A stretch of DNA of 64,000 bases from Vicugna vicugna (lineage: Eukaryota), in contig MU057403.1 of assembly GCA_013265495.1 (NCBI GenBank), forward strand, positions 1 through 64,000. Reading direction: 5' to 3'. The notes under the pieces are model-generated. The model saw only the letters and a program-made list of their open reading frames with translations, was not told the origin of the DNA and searched no databases. Of the stretch, positions 1 to 14,109 are shown in pieces (position 1 is the first letter of the stretch; each line of letters starts with the position of its first letter). The translations under genes were made by a program, and so were the position numbers.

Positions 1-139
1 TCAGAGTACAGAAAGAGACCTTTGGAGGTAATCCAGTACAGCACCTATATTTTCTAAATATACCAGTGTGAGGAAATTCACACTTTCCTGAGGAGTCCTG
101 TGATCTCACAGGACATTCACAGACACAGACAAAAACACC

Positions 140-1256
140 CGTGACACATGGGCTCGGTGAGATGATGCAGACTTGGGGAGATGATGTAGGCTCGGGGAGA
201 TGATGCAGACTTGGGGAGATGATGTGGGCTTGGGGAGATGTGGGCTTGGATAGATGATGCAGGCTTGGGACATGATGTCGGCTTGGGGAGATGACGTGGG
301 CTTGGGGAGATGATGTGGACTCGGGGAGTTGTGGGTTCAGAGAGATGTCTTAGGCCAGGGGAGATGATGAGGTCTTGGGGAGATGACGTGAGCTCGCAGA
401 CTTCTTTCTGGTTTGTGGACATGACTTGGGCTCGCTGACATGATGCGGGCTCTGGGACATGATGCCGACTCATCGACACAAGGGCTCAGGGAGATGATGT
501 AGGCTTGGGGAGATGATGTGGGCTTGGGCAAATGTGGGCTTGGGGAGAGAATGCAGGCTTGGGGAGATGATTTGGTTTCACAGACATGACGCTGGCTCGG
601 GGAGATGATGCAGGCTCAGGGAGATGACGGGGCCTGGAGGAGATGATGTGTGCTCGGGAACATGATGTCACCTTGGAGACATGATGTGGGCTTGGGGAGA
701 TGTGAGCCAGGGAGATGATGCTGTCTTGGGAAGATGATGTTGGCTTGAGGAGATGTGGGCTTGGGAACATGCTGCGGGCTCAGTGAGATGCTGTGGGCTC
801 AAGTAGATGATGTGTACCTGGGGACATGATGTGGCCTCGGGGACATAATGTGGGCTTGGAGAGATGTGGGATGGGGAGATTATGCTGATTGGGGAGATGG
901 CGCTGGCTTGGGGAGATGTGGGCTCAGGGAGATGAATCAGGCTCAGGCACATAATGTGGGCTTAGGAAGATCTCCAAGAGATAAAGCAGGCTCAGGGAGT
1001 TGTGGGTTTGGAGAGATGTCTTGGGCCAGGGGAGATGACGCAGTCTCAGGGAGGTGACGTGGCCTCGCAGACATGATGTGGGCTTGGGGACATGATGTGA
1101 GCTTGGGGAGACGTGGGCTTTTGGAGATGATGTGGGCTTGGTGAAATGTGGGCTTGGAAAGATGATGCCAGCTCAGGAAGATGATGGTGACTTGGGGAGA
1201 TGACATGGACTTGGGGAGATGTGGCTTTGGAGAGATGATGTGGGCTTGGGGAGATG
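140..1256. repeat. G-rich minisatellite, ~19-bp unit AGATGATGTGGGCTTGGGG with 16-bp variants
   Basis: Degenerate tandem copies visible throughout; the Pro/Ser/His-rich ORFs on the minus strand are by-products of the repeat. Confidence 0.9.
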
Positions 1257-2134
1257 AATAAAATTTTAAACTCTCTTCTTTTTATATTTAGCTCTTCATA
1301 CCGAAGAGCCACAGGACCTAAACTGTAAAAAACCTTTAGCTAACTTATCTCAAACAGCAGCTTGTGCTTCTTTCCCATCAAGGTAAATCACTGTGCATCT
1401 CCTGAGGGCTGACGGTATGACAGCTGTGTTTAGGTACTGGGGATGGAAGATGAAAAGGAATGGTTATTGTCCTTGAGGAAATTTTATTTGTTCTCTGGAC
1501 TGAGAAACCTAAGTAGACGGTTCCAATGCAATGTATTAAAGTACAAGGAGGTATCAAGAAGGTACAGCTTCAAGGACTTGTAACCTACACAGTTGGCAAG
1601 TGGCTGTGCTGGAAAGATTTGTTTTCCAGGTTTTATCAGAAATATTTTCACACCATTTCAGTATTAAAAATCTGTCATCCCTGCCAACATCAGCTGCAAA
1701 ATGAAAATGTGTGAACTACAAGAAAAGGGGATTTGAGAACAAATTCAAGGGGAGAAAAATAACACAATGTTTCTTTTATCACCATCCTCACAGTCCTCTC
1801 CCTCCTCAGTGCAAAAGGTCTGTACACACTCTGTTGAATGGTGAATGATGCAGACTGAGGTAAAGGAAAAGCCTTCAAATTTCTGTTGTAGACTCAAGAT
1901 CTAATTTGTCCAAGCTTCAAGTCTGCCTTAGCACAGAGCCTTTAAGGGGAAAATGTAAAGTGTTAAAGCTTTGACTACCCTTAGAAGAAACAGTGTAGCA
2001 AATAGGGAACTTGAGAGAAGCAAAGCAACACTTCATCTAGTCAACAGGATGTTTCCTGTTTTCTGGGGCTGTAAAGGTAAAAGGAGATGGGTCAAAACCT
2101 CCTAAAAGCAGACAGACATCCTCAGTTTCTGGGC

Positions 2135-2420
2135 AGTAAAAATATCCTATGATATTCTAATGGTAGATACATGTCATTATATATTTGTCCAAACTCAAAG
2201 ACAGTACAACACCAAGAACGATTCCTAATGCAAACTGCAGACTTGGTGTGATTGTGATGTTTGGATGCAGGTCCAGCAATGGTAACATATGCAGCCTTCT
2301 GGTGGGGGATGTTACCAATAAGGGAAGCTGTGGGGGAGAGGAGGAAGGAGCACACCAAATATCTCTGTCCCTTCCCCCCAATTTTGCAGTAATCCTAAAA
2401 CTGCTCAAAAAATTGTCTTA
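2135..2420 (+). mobile_element. Old L1 (L1MC-like) 3' UTR fragment
   Basis: Typical motif 'atggtagatacatgtcattatatatttgtccaaactc...acaacaccaag'; a related copy lies inverted at ~10.0-10.3 kb. Confidence 0.65.
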
Positions 2421-3675
2421 AAGCACACAACATAATATTCATGTCTTACCCCTCAAAAAAGTCTGAAGTCATAGAAGTGACAAATGACTGTATTAAATGG
2501 TAAAAGTAATAATGCCATGAGAGAGAAAAAGATAAGATGCTATGAACATTTAGAAAAAGAATTATTTGCATAAGTTTCCATTCTAGCCCTTACCACATCA
2601 TGTGATTTCTTTTGAAAACATGCTTTCTGTCCCTCCTACCCATCGCTAGTGGACTGAAAGTCGCTTGGAAGATAAGCGTATGGCTAATTCATCTTTCACT
2701 CGCTTTGCCTTGCAAAGAACATGCTATAAAGGAAGATTTCAATAAATCTTGATTTAACAGGAGTAAACATTACTAAGCTCAGGTTCAGATAGTTATCATT
2801 TGACTGTGAACTGGGCATCCACATAGAGATGTCTGGAAAGAAGTCAGAAATAGCAATTAAAGTTTCTTAAGTAAAGGAAGGGCCTTGCACGGAATCCTGT
2901 ACTTCAAGAAAATATTATAGTTGTCTGCAGGATTATCAAGATTATCAAAAAGAGGTCACTTAAATTTTCCAGGGTTATTCCAGTGTCAAGAAATTTAATC
3001 CAACATATTTTCAATTTTCCCTGAGTTTTACATCTTTAATCAGATTCATAAAAGTTTTTTTTTAAACCTACTTCAAGTCCATTATTGGAGTGGTACCACT
3101 TGGTTCATTATTAAAATAAAATAATGTTTAGACATTTGAAATGTGAGGCCATTTAGCAGGTACTGAATTTTATGAGTTCTTAGATAATACTCATGTTGTA
3201 GATACTCTCAGAAAGAAGGATCTTAGCTAAGAAAATTTTATTACAGATTCTGTGACTGGTTTCCTATCCATCTAATCCTCTCCGTGAGGATTTGACTATA
3301 ATCTATAACCCTTAGAAAGTAATTTAGGGCAACAGTTCGCAGTTACACAGAAAATAGAATTAATATATCAGCCCCCTCCAACCTGCAGGCACTGCAGAAG
3401 CTATAGTTCAGGTAAAACATTCTCTCTAAATGATATCTTGCCACACCGCCTCCCCAAATTGAGATATTTGCAAAGTACTTTCCTATATTGCAAGGCAGTT
3501 ATTTATTTCCTCTATTTCCTTCTTCTCCAGAAGCTCAGAGGAATTATTATTTTTTGTATTGCTAATCCAAAAAGGAAGTGTGGAAAAATCCCCGAAAGTA
3601 AGAAGTAATGATGATGATGATAAGCTAAATGAAGAGCAATAAAGAGAATAGACCCTAACCACGGAACGGAAAGGA

Positions 3676-4302
3676 NNNNNNNNNNNNNNNNNNNNNNNNN
3701 NNNNNNNNNNNNNNNNNNNNNNNNNNNNNNNNNNNNNNNNNNNNNNNNNNNNNNNNNNNNNNNNNNNNNNNNNNNNNNNNNNNNNNNNNNNNNNNNNNNN
3801 NNNNNNNNNNNNNNNNNNNNNNNNNNNNNNNNNNNNNNNNNNNNNNNNNNNNNNNNNNNNNNNNNNNNNNNNNNNNNNNNNNNNNNNNNNNNNNNNNNNN
3901 NNNNNNNNNNNNNNNNNNNNNNNNNNNNNNNNNNNNNNNNNNNNNNNNNNNNNNNNNNNNNNNNNNNNNNNNNNNNNNNNNNNNNNNNNNNNNNNNNNNN
4001 NNNNNNNNNNNNNNNNNNNNNNNNNNNNNNNNNNNNNNNNNNNNNNNNNNNNNNNNNNNNNNNNNNNNNNNNNNNNNNNNNNNNNNNNNNNNNNNNNNNN
4101 NNNNNNNNNNNNNNNNNNNNNNNNNNNNNNNNNNNNNNNNNNNNNNNNNNNNNNNNNNNNNNNNNNNNNNNNNNNNNNNNNNNNNNNNNNNNNNNNNNNN
4201 NNNNNNNNNNNNNNNNNNNNNNNNNNNNNNNNNNNNNNNNNNNNNNNNNNNNNNNNNNNNNNNNNNNNNNNNNNNNNNNNNNNNNNNNNNNNNNNNNNNN
4301 NN
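3676..4302. other. Assembly gap (627 N)
   Basis: Run of N. Confidence 1.
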
Positions 4303-4900
4303 GATGGGAGAAGACGGGCTCAGCCAGGGAAGCCCCGCGACTGGCCAGTGCCCCCCGCCCCGCCGCCTCCCCGCGACCCGGCGGCGGGGAGCCCGCCCGC
4401 CGAAAGCGAAACCGAGGAAGCGCCACGTCGGAGGCGGGGGTGACATCAGCCCGCCGACGTCCGGCGCCGTCCTTCCGGGGTCAGCGGCGGAGGCGGGGCG
4501 GAGGCGGGCTGGGGACTGGCTGAGGCTCCGGTGGGTAGGTGGGCTCAGCCCGAGGGGACTACGGGTCGGCGTTGGGCTCAGCGGGCTCGAACAAAGGCCT
4601 CTCGGGCAGGGACGCGGCGCGGCGCCTCCTGCGGGTAGCTGGGCGGCCGGCCGCGGCTTCCCGGCCCGCCAGTGCCCTCCCCGCGCGGTCCCCGTCGGCT
4701 TCTCCTCGGATCCCCGCGGCCAGCGCCGCGGTGCGGGGCCCGGCGCAGCGGCACCTGCTGCTGGGGGACCCCGCGGCCCGCCCGGGTGCTCGTGATGGGG
4801 CTGATCTTCGCCAAACTGTGGAGCCTCTTCTGTAACCAAGGTAAGAAGGATGGAGCTGCCCAACGGCTGGCAGCGGAGGGAGTGGGTCTGGCCGCCGAAG
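4303..4900 (+). promoter_or_regulatory. ARL5B: CpG island / promoter and 5' UTR of ARL5B
   Basis: Very GC- and CpG-rich, GC boxes (GGGGCGGAGG), directly upstream of the ARL5B ATG. Confidence 0.85.
4795..4840 (+). CDS. ARL5B: ARL5B coding exon 1 (MGLIFAKLWSLFCNQ); no downstream exons found in the window
   Basis: Peptide matches the recalled ARL5B N-terminus (ARL5A starts MGILFTRIW); 46-nt coding part followed by a canonical AAG|GTAAGA donor. Confidence 0.9.
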
Positions 4901-7544
4901 GGGACAGCTCGGGAGGCAGGGCTCTCTGTGGACACTAGCGTTCTGAGACGCAGAGAAGGGACTTAGTCAAGAGGGTTGGGTAAAAACTCAGTATTTTAGG
5001 CTGGGAGTAGATGCTGGAGAGACGTGATGACGGGGAGAAATGGAGAGGCAGAAAAGGGGCATTTGGTCTCCCAAGAGCCAAACCAAGAATTTGGGGATTT
5101 TAGTGAAGGAAAGCGGAAAGCACCTAATGATACCGGGAGGCACTTGGAGGGCCTTTTCCGTCTCTCGTTAAGCATCCTAAGTGTCCTGCCCGAGGATAAA
5201 TGTCTATCCCCAAATCTATCAACTTTTAAAACTAGTGCTGCTTTGTTTTCTGCCCTGCTCTTTAAGCCCGTGCGCCTTCACGTTCTCTTGTTTCGCCTGC
5301 TCACCAAGGGCTCGGGAATATGTTGTCCTGTAGAGATTCACGGGTTTCCTGGAAATCTTCATTGCAAACTGATTATTCCTCTCTTCAGTGCTGGAAAACT
5401 GAATGCTTTTGGTTCCATGTACTATGTTGCTTGTCCATAACTAGTCTAGAACTGGTTCTGAGACATCTAAAACTTGCAAGACCAAAGGGCCAAGAAGTTG
5501 TAAAACCTGTTCTGAGTCAGAGTGAATCAGATGTGATGCCTTCTGAAGAGAGAAAATTTACCTATACAAAAAGGGCCAGCAATAGGTAAAGTTTTAGGCA
5601 TTCTTTTAACAGAATGTTTTTTCAGGAATTGAAGCCAGTTTAAAAACTCAACTAGTTTCATTTTGCATTTAATGCCAAGGCCTAAAAAAAGGCAGTGTTT
5701 TATGGCCAATTTGTTATTGCTAATATGGTGCGGGGTTTTTTTCCTGGACTTAATAAGTCATGAAGAGAATGAAATGGCTTTAGCTCACTTGTGCCGTAGA
5801 TTGATAAGAATACTAAAATAGCCTTTTTTCAAGGTTAATAAAGATAGATACATACACATATACATTGCTTGCCTTCCTTCCCTGACCACTCTTAACCACC
5901 CCGACACTCACTCTCCCTGTCTTTACCATTTTTCTGAGTAACAGTTATCCCTGTCATCATATAAGCTTGTTTGTTTACTTGTCTTTTTATTTCAATAGAA
6001 ACTCACTTGAGGCATGAACTTTGCCTTACTACCTGTTGTAGCCCCAATACAAAAAACTTTCAATTTTTTGTTTTGTTCAACATAAAAATTTTGTGTCGAA
6101 GTAACACAGACATTCTTTTTAAAAAGTTATGTAATGTTAAAGTCTGAAAATGATGTATATTAGTCAAATCTCTTTAAATGCCTTACCCTTTTTTCCCTAG
6201 TATATACTTTGATATTTCTGGATAATGTGCATATATGGAAATTTTAAACAGTATAATTTGTCTTTTTTAAAAATTGATAAAAATCAACATATAATATTTT
6301 ATTTATTTCAGGTATACTAATTATTTCTTATAGCAGAACATAAAATACTTTGGCCCTTTTCCCTTATCACCCCTATATAGTATTTTGGCTTAATCCACAC
6401 TCTGTCTTTTCATTATTGTCACTGTAAAGTTTAGTTACTGCTGTGCTGCAGTGTTCCCCTTTTTCCTACACCTTAACCTTTTTTCGAGTAACTAATATTT
6501 CATTGCCTTAGTTTTCTTTGTATGTTTGGTTAAGTCATTTCATGCTATACAGAAGCTCTCCTCCAAGTTTGTCCACACACCTCCCTGCCTGGTCAGTGCT
6601 CCATCCTGCTCCAAATTGGACCTGTGCCCCTCTCCGTGCCTGGTGCACAGCTGTTCCGGACATGTCCTTGCTGTCATTCTAGGAATCTTCCTTCCTTTTC
6701 TCTTTTATTAGAACTTATGTTTTTCTTGCTTTACTCTTTGATGAAGCACATGCTTCAGACATTTCCTGCAGAGGTTTCCAAAGTGATCATTTTTCTGTAG
6801 TTTAAAATACTGAAAATATTTTGGTCTGTCTTCACTTTTGATTTATAATTGGGCTAGATACAGAATTCTGAGTTGGGAAAATGTCTCTTTCAGAATTTTG
6901 AAGATGTTGTCATTGTCCTCCAGCTTCTAGTATTGTTGTGAAGACCAGTGTTTTGCGATTTTTTTTCTTAGTCTTTCTAGTAGATTTTAGAATGTTTCAT
7001 TTATCCTTGGTGTTTTTAAATTTGAAAGAGTTGTGCCCTGTTATGTAATTTTTTGATTCATTGTGCTAGGCCTTTTGCACCTTTTTAACACAAAGTTACA
7101 TTTTTTTCCATTCTAGGAATTTTTTTTTTTAATATTTAGGATTTCTACTTTCCTGAGAATCTTGTTGGTCATATGGTACTAAATTGATTATCAGATATTC
7201 TTTTCCATTTTACTTTCACTTTTTTTTTAAAAAAAAGTAAGTTTCTGGGATATTTCCCTTGTCTTCCAAATCTTTTGAATATTTGGTTCAGCTATCTTAT
7301 TTTTAGTTTATAAATGCTTTTTTCTTTTTTCCTGTGTTTTAAAATTCTTGTGGCATTGCTTCATAGTGCTATGTCTTTTAAGTGTCTTAAGTTTTTTTTA
7401 CCCTTCTGTTTCTATTTTTATATTAGCTCTTCACTGGAAACTTTCCTTATAGATCTATTGGAAATAATTCTGGTGCATGAATATACTATGGCTTGTTTCT
7501 TCGTTTGCATCATAATAGGTTGTAGTAAGTGAAACTGTTAGATT

Positions 7545-9480
7545 TTTTTTTTATTGATTCAGTCACTCTGTGTCTTTAGATTGGAGAAGTTAGTCCATTT
7601 ACTTTAAAAAGTAATTATTGATAGGCATGAATTTACTATTGCCATTTTGTAATTGTTTTCTGACTTTTTAAAGTTCTTTTTTCTTTCTTTCTTCTTCTTC
7701 TTCTTCTTCTTCTTCTTCTTCTTCTTCTCCTTCTCCTTCTCCTTCTCCTTCTTTTTTTTTCTTCTTCTTTCCTCCTTCTTCTTCCTTCTTCCTTCTCCTT
7801 CTCCTTCCTTTTCTTTCTTCTTTCTTCTTATTGTATTCCTTTGTGATTTAACAACTTCCTACAATGGTTTGCTTAGATTCCTTTTTTTTTTTTGTCTTTT
7901 GTGTATCTAATACAGGTTTTTGCTTTGTGTTACCATGAAGAAGCTTATATAAAAATGGCTTTTATAAGCCTATTTTAAGCTGATAACAACTTAATTTAGA
8001 ATGCATACTAAAGCCCTACATTTTAAAATGCTCCTCGTTATTTTGATGTCACAATTTATATCTTCATCTTGTTTATCCCTTAGCAAATTTTGCAGTTAGT
8101 TATTCTTAATACTTTTATCTTTCAACCTTCATGCTAGATTTTTATATGATTTATTCATCATGATGACAACTATAAAGGATTCTGAATTTATGTTTACCTT
8201 TACCACTGCAATTTATACCTTCATATGTTTTCCTGTTACTAATTATTAGCCTTTTGTTTTAGCTTAAAGAAGTCTCTAACTTTTTTTGGCTTGGCCAGTT
8301 TAGTGGTCATGAACTTCTTCAGTTTTCCTTGTCTGGAAAACTTTTTCTCTCTCCTTAAATTCTGAAGAGCAACCTGCCTGGGTAGTGTTCTGGCTGATAG
8401 TGTTGTTTTTTGTTTGTTTGTTTGCTTTTCTGTTTGTTTTTTCCTTTCAACACTTGGAATATATAGTGCTATTTTCTTCAGCCTGCAAAGTTTCTTCTGA
8501 AAACTATGCTGATGGTTTTATGGGGGTTCTCTTGTATATAACGAGTTGTTTTTCTTTCACTGCTTTAAAGATTCTTCCCTTGTCTTTAACTTTTGACACG
8601 TTAATTATACTGTGTCTCAGTGTGCGTCTTGTTGAATTCTTCCTTTTTCGAATGTATTGGGCTTCTTGGATCTGTGTGTTTGTTTCTTTCCCCAAGTCAG
8701 GGAAATTTTCAGTTATTATTTTTTCAAACAAACTTTCTGCCTTCCCTCATATTTCTGTGACTCCCATATTGTGAATATGGTCCCCTTGATGTTGTTTAAG
8801 AAATCCCTTAATCTATCTTAATTAATCACACTTTCCATTCTTTTTTCTTTTTTCTCCCTCAGTTGCGTGAATTCCAGTGCCCTGTCTTTGGGTTTGCTGA
8901 TCTGTTTCTTCTGGTTCATCTATACTGCTGTTCAACACCTCAATTAAAAATTTCAGTTCAGTTATTACATTCTTCAGCATCATGTTTTCTGTTTGGTACT
9001 TTCTTATATTTTCTATCCTTTGTTGAAATTTCCACTCTGTTCATGAATTATTCTCATGAGCTCAGTGAGCATCTTTGTGACAATTAATTTTGGACTGTTC
9101 ATCAGATAAGTCACTTATTTCCATTTCTTAAGGTCTGTTTCTTGAGTTCTGTCTTTCACTTTTGTTTGAAACACATGACTCTATTTCTTCATCTTCCTTG
9201 ACTCTGTGTGTTTTCTGTGCATTAGATAAAGCAGTCACCACTCCCAGTCTTCCGAGAGTGGTCTCCTGCAGGAGATAAGCCTGTCACTCAGACCTGCCCT
9301 AGGTCTGCGTTTTTTCCCTAACCTTTGTGACTGCCCAAGTGCCTTCTTTATTCTTAATGGCTCCCCATAGTTGAATGTGTGCCAAGACTTTTCGGTGTCC
9401 AGAAGTGGGAGGATCTTAGCATCTAGATGCAGGCTGGTTGGAAGCTGATCCTTGTTTAGCAGCTTTTAAAATATGCAACC
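7545..9480 (-). mobile_element. Degraded L1: 5' UTR part, ORF1, inter-ORF region and ORF2 start
   Basis: Minus-strand ORF 8504-8731 'FEKIITENFPDLGKETNTQIQEAQ' is L1 ORF1p-like. Confidence 0.85.
7688..7830. repeat. (TTC)n/(TCC)n simple repeat inside L1
   Basis: Directly visible. Confidence 0.95.
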
Positions 9481-9860
9481 AGGGAGTGAGAGGGAGCTAC
9501 ACAATGTGGGGACTTTTAGGTCATGTAAGGATGTTGGTTTGCTCTGAGTAAGATGGGAAGTCTTTGGGGGAGTTTGAGTGGAGACAGGGTTTTGGGATCT
9601 GGCTTCAGTAGGATCTGTCAGCTTCTGTATTAAGAATAGACCCTAGGGAGTCAAGGTGGGGGACACAGAGATCTAATTAGGGAGCTGTTGCAATAATCTA
9701 GGAAGGAGGTCATGTATATGGGGAGAAGTGATTAGCTTCTGGATGTACTTTGAAGGTACAGCCAACAGTTACGCTCATGGACTAGGTGAGGGATGTGAGG
9801 GAATGAGAGGAATGAAGACAACAAGGTAGTTTTTGACCTAGGCAACGGGAAGAATGGAGC
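9480..9860 (-). mobile_element. L2 fragment
   Basis: L2-like purine-rich sequence 'ggtcatgtaaggatgttggtttgctctgagtaagatgggaag'. Confidence 0.55.
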
Positions 9861-9964
9861 CCAGCTAACAGAAAGCAATGACCATGCTTATCTCACTGAA
9901 AGCTCTGGCTGTTGGTTGGGTCTCTTTCCTTTTACTTCAGGCCATAACACTCTACTGATACCTG

Positions 9965-10880
9965 TTTTTTTTTTTAATTAGTAAACTGAAAAGAGCAGTT
10001 TAAGGTTAATAGTTAATAGGAAAATTGAGCATAAAGTACAAAGATTTCCCTTATACTCCTGCCCCCAACCCCAACACAACTTCCCCCATTATCAACACCT
10101 CCCACCGGATGGTACATTTGTTACAGTTGAAGAACCTACCTTGACACATCATCATCTCCCAAAGTCTGTAGCTTACATTAGAGTTCTCTCCTGGTGCTGT
10201 ACACGCTATGGGTCTTGACAAATGTATGAAGACGTGTATCCACCCTTGTAGTATTCTACTGTACAGCTTCACTGCCCTGAAAATCCTCTGTCCTCTTCCT
10301 GTTCATCCCTTCCCCACCTCTAATGCCTGGCAACCACTGATCTATTTATCATCTCCATAGTTTTGCCTTTTCTAGAATGTCATAGAGTGTTAATCGTACA
10401 GTATGTAGTTTTTTCAGGTTGACTTTTTACACTTAGCAGTATGCATTTAAGGATCATCCGTGTCTCTTCATGGCTTGTCAGCTCTTTTTAGTGCTGAATA
10501 AAAAAACATGTTGTCTGAATGTCCCACGGTGTATTTGTCTATTCATTTATGGAAGGACACCTTGGTTGCTTCCAAGTTTTGGCAGTTATGAATAAAGATG
10601 CTGTAAACATCCACATGCAGTGTGTGTGGATATACATTTTTGACTTCTCTGGATCAACACCAAGGGGTGCAGTTGCTGGATTGTATGGTTAAGAGTATGC
10701 TTATTCTTGTAAGAAACCACTGAACTGTCTTCCACAGTGGCTGCACCATCTTGCATTCCCACCAGAAATGAGTAAGTGTTCCTGTTGCTCTACACCCCCA
10801 GCAATATTTGATGCTGTCAGTATTTTGGATTTTGGCCATGCCATTCTAATAGATGTGTAGTGGCATCTTATTGTTTCAAC
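9965..10880 (-). mobile_element. L1 (L1MC/MB-like) 3' end
   Basis: Poly-T tail at the left; minus-strand peptide 'GTLTHFWWECKMVQPLWKTV' resembles the ORF2 C-terminus. Confidence 0.85.
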
Positions 10881-12479
10881 TGATTCTATTTTCAATGATT
10901 GCTAAGAATTCTTTTTTAAAAATAAATTGGCCTTTTGTAAGATCTCAACCTCCTGGCTCATTAAGACCTTTGGCACTTTGTCTCTGATTAGACAAATCAA
11001 CCAACAAGGCCATTGCTAGTAGCCAAAGTCATCTGAGACGCAGAGCCTGTCTTTATGCAGCTTTAGTCCACTTGGCTCTCTCCCTGCTCTGGTCATTTGT
11101 CTCTGGGAATTGCCCTATAACACCCCCTTCATCCTGCTAGTTTCTAAATAAAAATAAGCCCTTTAACATGACTTGATGTTCCCACTCTATTCTTAGTCTA
11201 TTAGAATGCATGAACATTTCCAGCATCATATTTAGGCTAATAAGTTGCAAATGTACATCTCCAATCCTAACCTTTCACCTAAATTCCAGCCCTGTATTTC
11301 TAGGTACCTGGAGAATCCCCCCATCTTGAATATCTTGCAATCATTTCTTTTACTGTCTCTCAAATTCTGTGTATGTCTCTCTACGTCCCTCGGTGTCTCT
11401 TACGTTGCTGCTCTCTGGAGTCTGCAGGGGCAAGTCTTGCATAATTACTCTGTCCTTCAGATGCTACTTTGAGGACTTAGCAGGGCTCATCACAATATAG
11501 CCACTGGCAGGCCAGTTCTCAACCCTCTGCTGCTCACACCCTAATCTAGACCAATACCTCTTACCTGGAGTTGTGCAACAGCGTCCTAACTGGCATCTCA
11601 CCTCCACTTTTCCTCCTTCATGGTGCATCCTCCATGGAGTAGCCAGAGCAGTTTCTCTTCTGCTATAGCCTTATTTGGGTATAACTGACATTTAAGGTTG
11701 TGTAAGTAAATGTGTACAGCATGTTGATTTGGTACACTAATACTGCAGCATGAGCGATTTTTTTTTCTTTTAGCAATTTTTTATTTGAAAAATTTCAATC
11801 ACATACAGAAGTAGAGTAGAGGGTATGTTGACCCCCATAAACTAATTACCCAGATTCAATAGTTATTAAGGTTTTGCTACATTTTTAAAATCATCTCCTT
11901 TTTTTTTTTTCTGAACTGTTCCAAAGCATATCCAAGACATCATATCAGTTCACTCTTACACTCTTCAGTGTGCATCTTCACAGAAGGGAACACAGCCTTA
12001 CATTACTGCAATAATACTGTTGCACTTATCAATATTATAATAATTTCTTGGTAATATCTAATACCCAGTCTATATTCAAACTTTGAAAAATATAGAGATG
12101 TAATTTTCATAACATAAAATTCACTCTTTTAATGTACAATTCAGTGGCTTGTAGGATATTCAAAAAGCTTTGCAACCATAACCAGTATCTAATTCTAGCA
12201 CATTTTTATCACTGTCAAAAGACACTCATATTCATTAACAGTCACTCCCATTTTCTCCTGCCCCAAATCACCCAATTCCTCCCTCTAGATTTTGCCTCTT
12301 CTAAGAACTATGTGGTCTTTTGTGACTGGCTTCTTTCATTTAGCTTAATGTTTTCAAAGTTCATTCACATTGTAGCATGTATGGGTACTTTAGTCCTTTT
12401 CATGACTGACTTATAGCCCATGGAATGGCTACATCACATTCTGTTTATCTGTTTAGCAGTTGATGGGCAGCATGAGTGA

Positions 12480-13000
12480 TTTTTAGAATAAGATCCTATC
12501 ACGTTCTTGCTCAATAGTCTCTGGTGCTTGTCCCATCAATATAAGAATAAAATCCAAACTTCTCACCATGACTTAAAGCCCCTGTCTTGTCTGACATCTA
12601 CCTCCCCTCCCCAAACTAATCTCTTATCTTGGGTCTCTCATTCCTAAGTTCCAAACATGCAAATTTAGTTCCCACCTCCGGGCCTTTCCACTTGCTGGCC
12701 CCTCTTCCTGGAAAGCCTTCCGCAAAGGCCCCCCTCGCTAGCTCATTCTCACCATTGAAGTCTCAGGTTGGCATTGACCTCCCGAGGTAGTGTGGTTACC
12801 ACCTCCCCTGTCAGTCCCCCTTCACTCTCTGTCCTATTTCCTAGTTGTATTTTCTTTGTAGCATTTACAAATTATCATTGGAAGTTATCTTCTTTGCTTA
12901 CGTGTTTGCTATCTCTCTCTCTCCAGTAGAAGGTACGTTTCTTGAGGACAGATCCCTGTCTTACCTCCCTACTGGAGCCTAGAGCTTGGAACACGGTGGA
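12480..13000 (+). mobile_element. L2 3' fragment
   Basis: 'agaataaaatccaaacttctcaccatg...gggcctttccacttgctg...ccctcttcctggaa' typical of L2. Confidence 0.6.
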
Positions 13001-14109
13001 AAAATTGAATTTGAAACTCAACACCCCCCTCCGAATAATTCATCATCCTATTACTTGCATCTACTTCCAAATGATTTTCTTTCTCAGGCCCCATTTTTCC
13101 AGCCCCCTATGTAAATAAACTATTACGTTTATTTACTCTTTATGTCCTCCCTTGTATTTAGTACAACCCTCAAAGCAGGTCCTGTTGATCCTCCTTTCCT
13201 GTGATTCTTCAGGTTCCTTCTTCCCTTGCCTCGTCATGGCCCACATCATTGATCTACCTTTCCACCTTTAGTCTTTCTGTATTTTTCTAATGTTCTAGAA
13301 AGTGATGCCAGATGGTTGTTTCTAAATACTTGTTTTCAAATTTTATGACCAAAGAGGGTACATTATTTTGACGGATCGGAGGCAGGTACAAAAATGCCAC
13401 TCTGTATAACTGATGCTAAGTAGAAGCATCAGGAAGTGAAGGTGAGTAGATATTAGAGCAAACTAGTCAACTCTGAGGTATTATGTGTTTATTTTGCCAT
13501 TGAAACAGTGTCCTTGAACTTCATCCAAAAACCACCGATTTAAATTTAAACTAGTAGAAGATGTGTCCTTGGTAATCTGGTAGTATTTAATTTTGAAATA
13601 ACAATTACATACACCCATATCAAGCCTTTAAAGAAAAAAAACTTAGCAAGGGAAATCTGGTTTCTATGTCTTGCATTGCCCAAGGGGGCAATTACTTTAA
13701 ATCCAGTGGCCATTTCCAGCAATTGAGATGGAAATGGTCTTTGACTTGGGGAAAGATAACACACGAATGTTTCTAGCTTGCTGCACAAGTGCTTGTGACA
13801 ATGCAGGGTTTCCTTTTTGTAGCTCACTAGATGAACTATGATTTGGTCTCTTGTTGATCCTTCACTCAACAAGGACCTGCTGTCCATATGTGCATGCTCC
13901 CAAGTTTTGATATAAGCAGATTTCCCAAGAAAAATGAACTGGTATTATCATTTATAAATCAGTCAGGCTCTTGCAAAGTTGGTTTGTGCGACATGAACTC
14001 CTAAATCAGTTCACACTTGATCGCTTGTATACAGGGATAAATTTGAGATGCTGGATATTCAATCTGTATTTGGTCCAGACACTCTGTGAGATGTTCCTTT
14101 GCCTGCCCA

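Noticed and set aside
117..1312. Pro/Ser/His-rich ORFs resembling mucins or extensins
   Set aside because: Translation of a 19-bp minisatellite that is not a multiple of three
3512..4935. 304-aa and 426-aa minus-strand ORFs
   Set aside because: They run through the N gap and the GC-rich ARL5B island
7087..7100. AACACAAAGT resembling the start of ARL5B exon 2
   Set aside because: No AG acceptor and no continuation of the coding match
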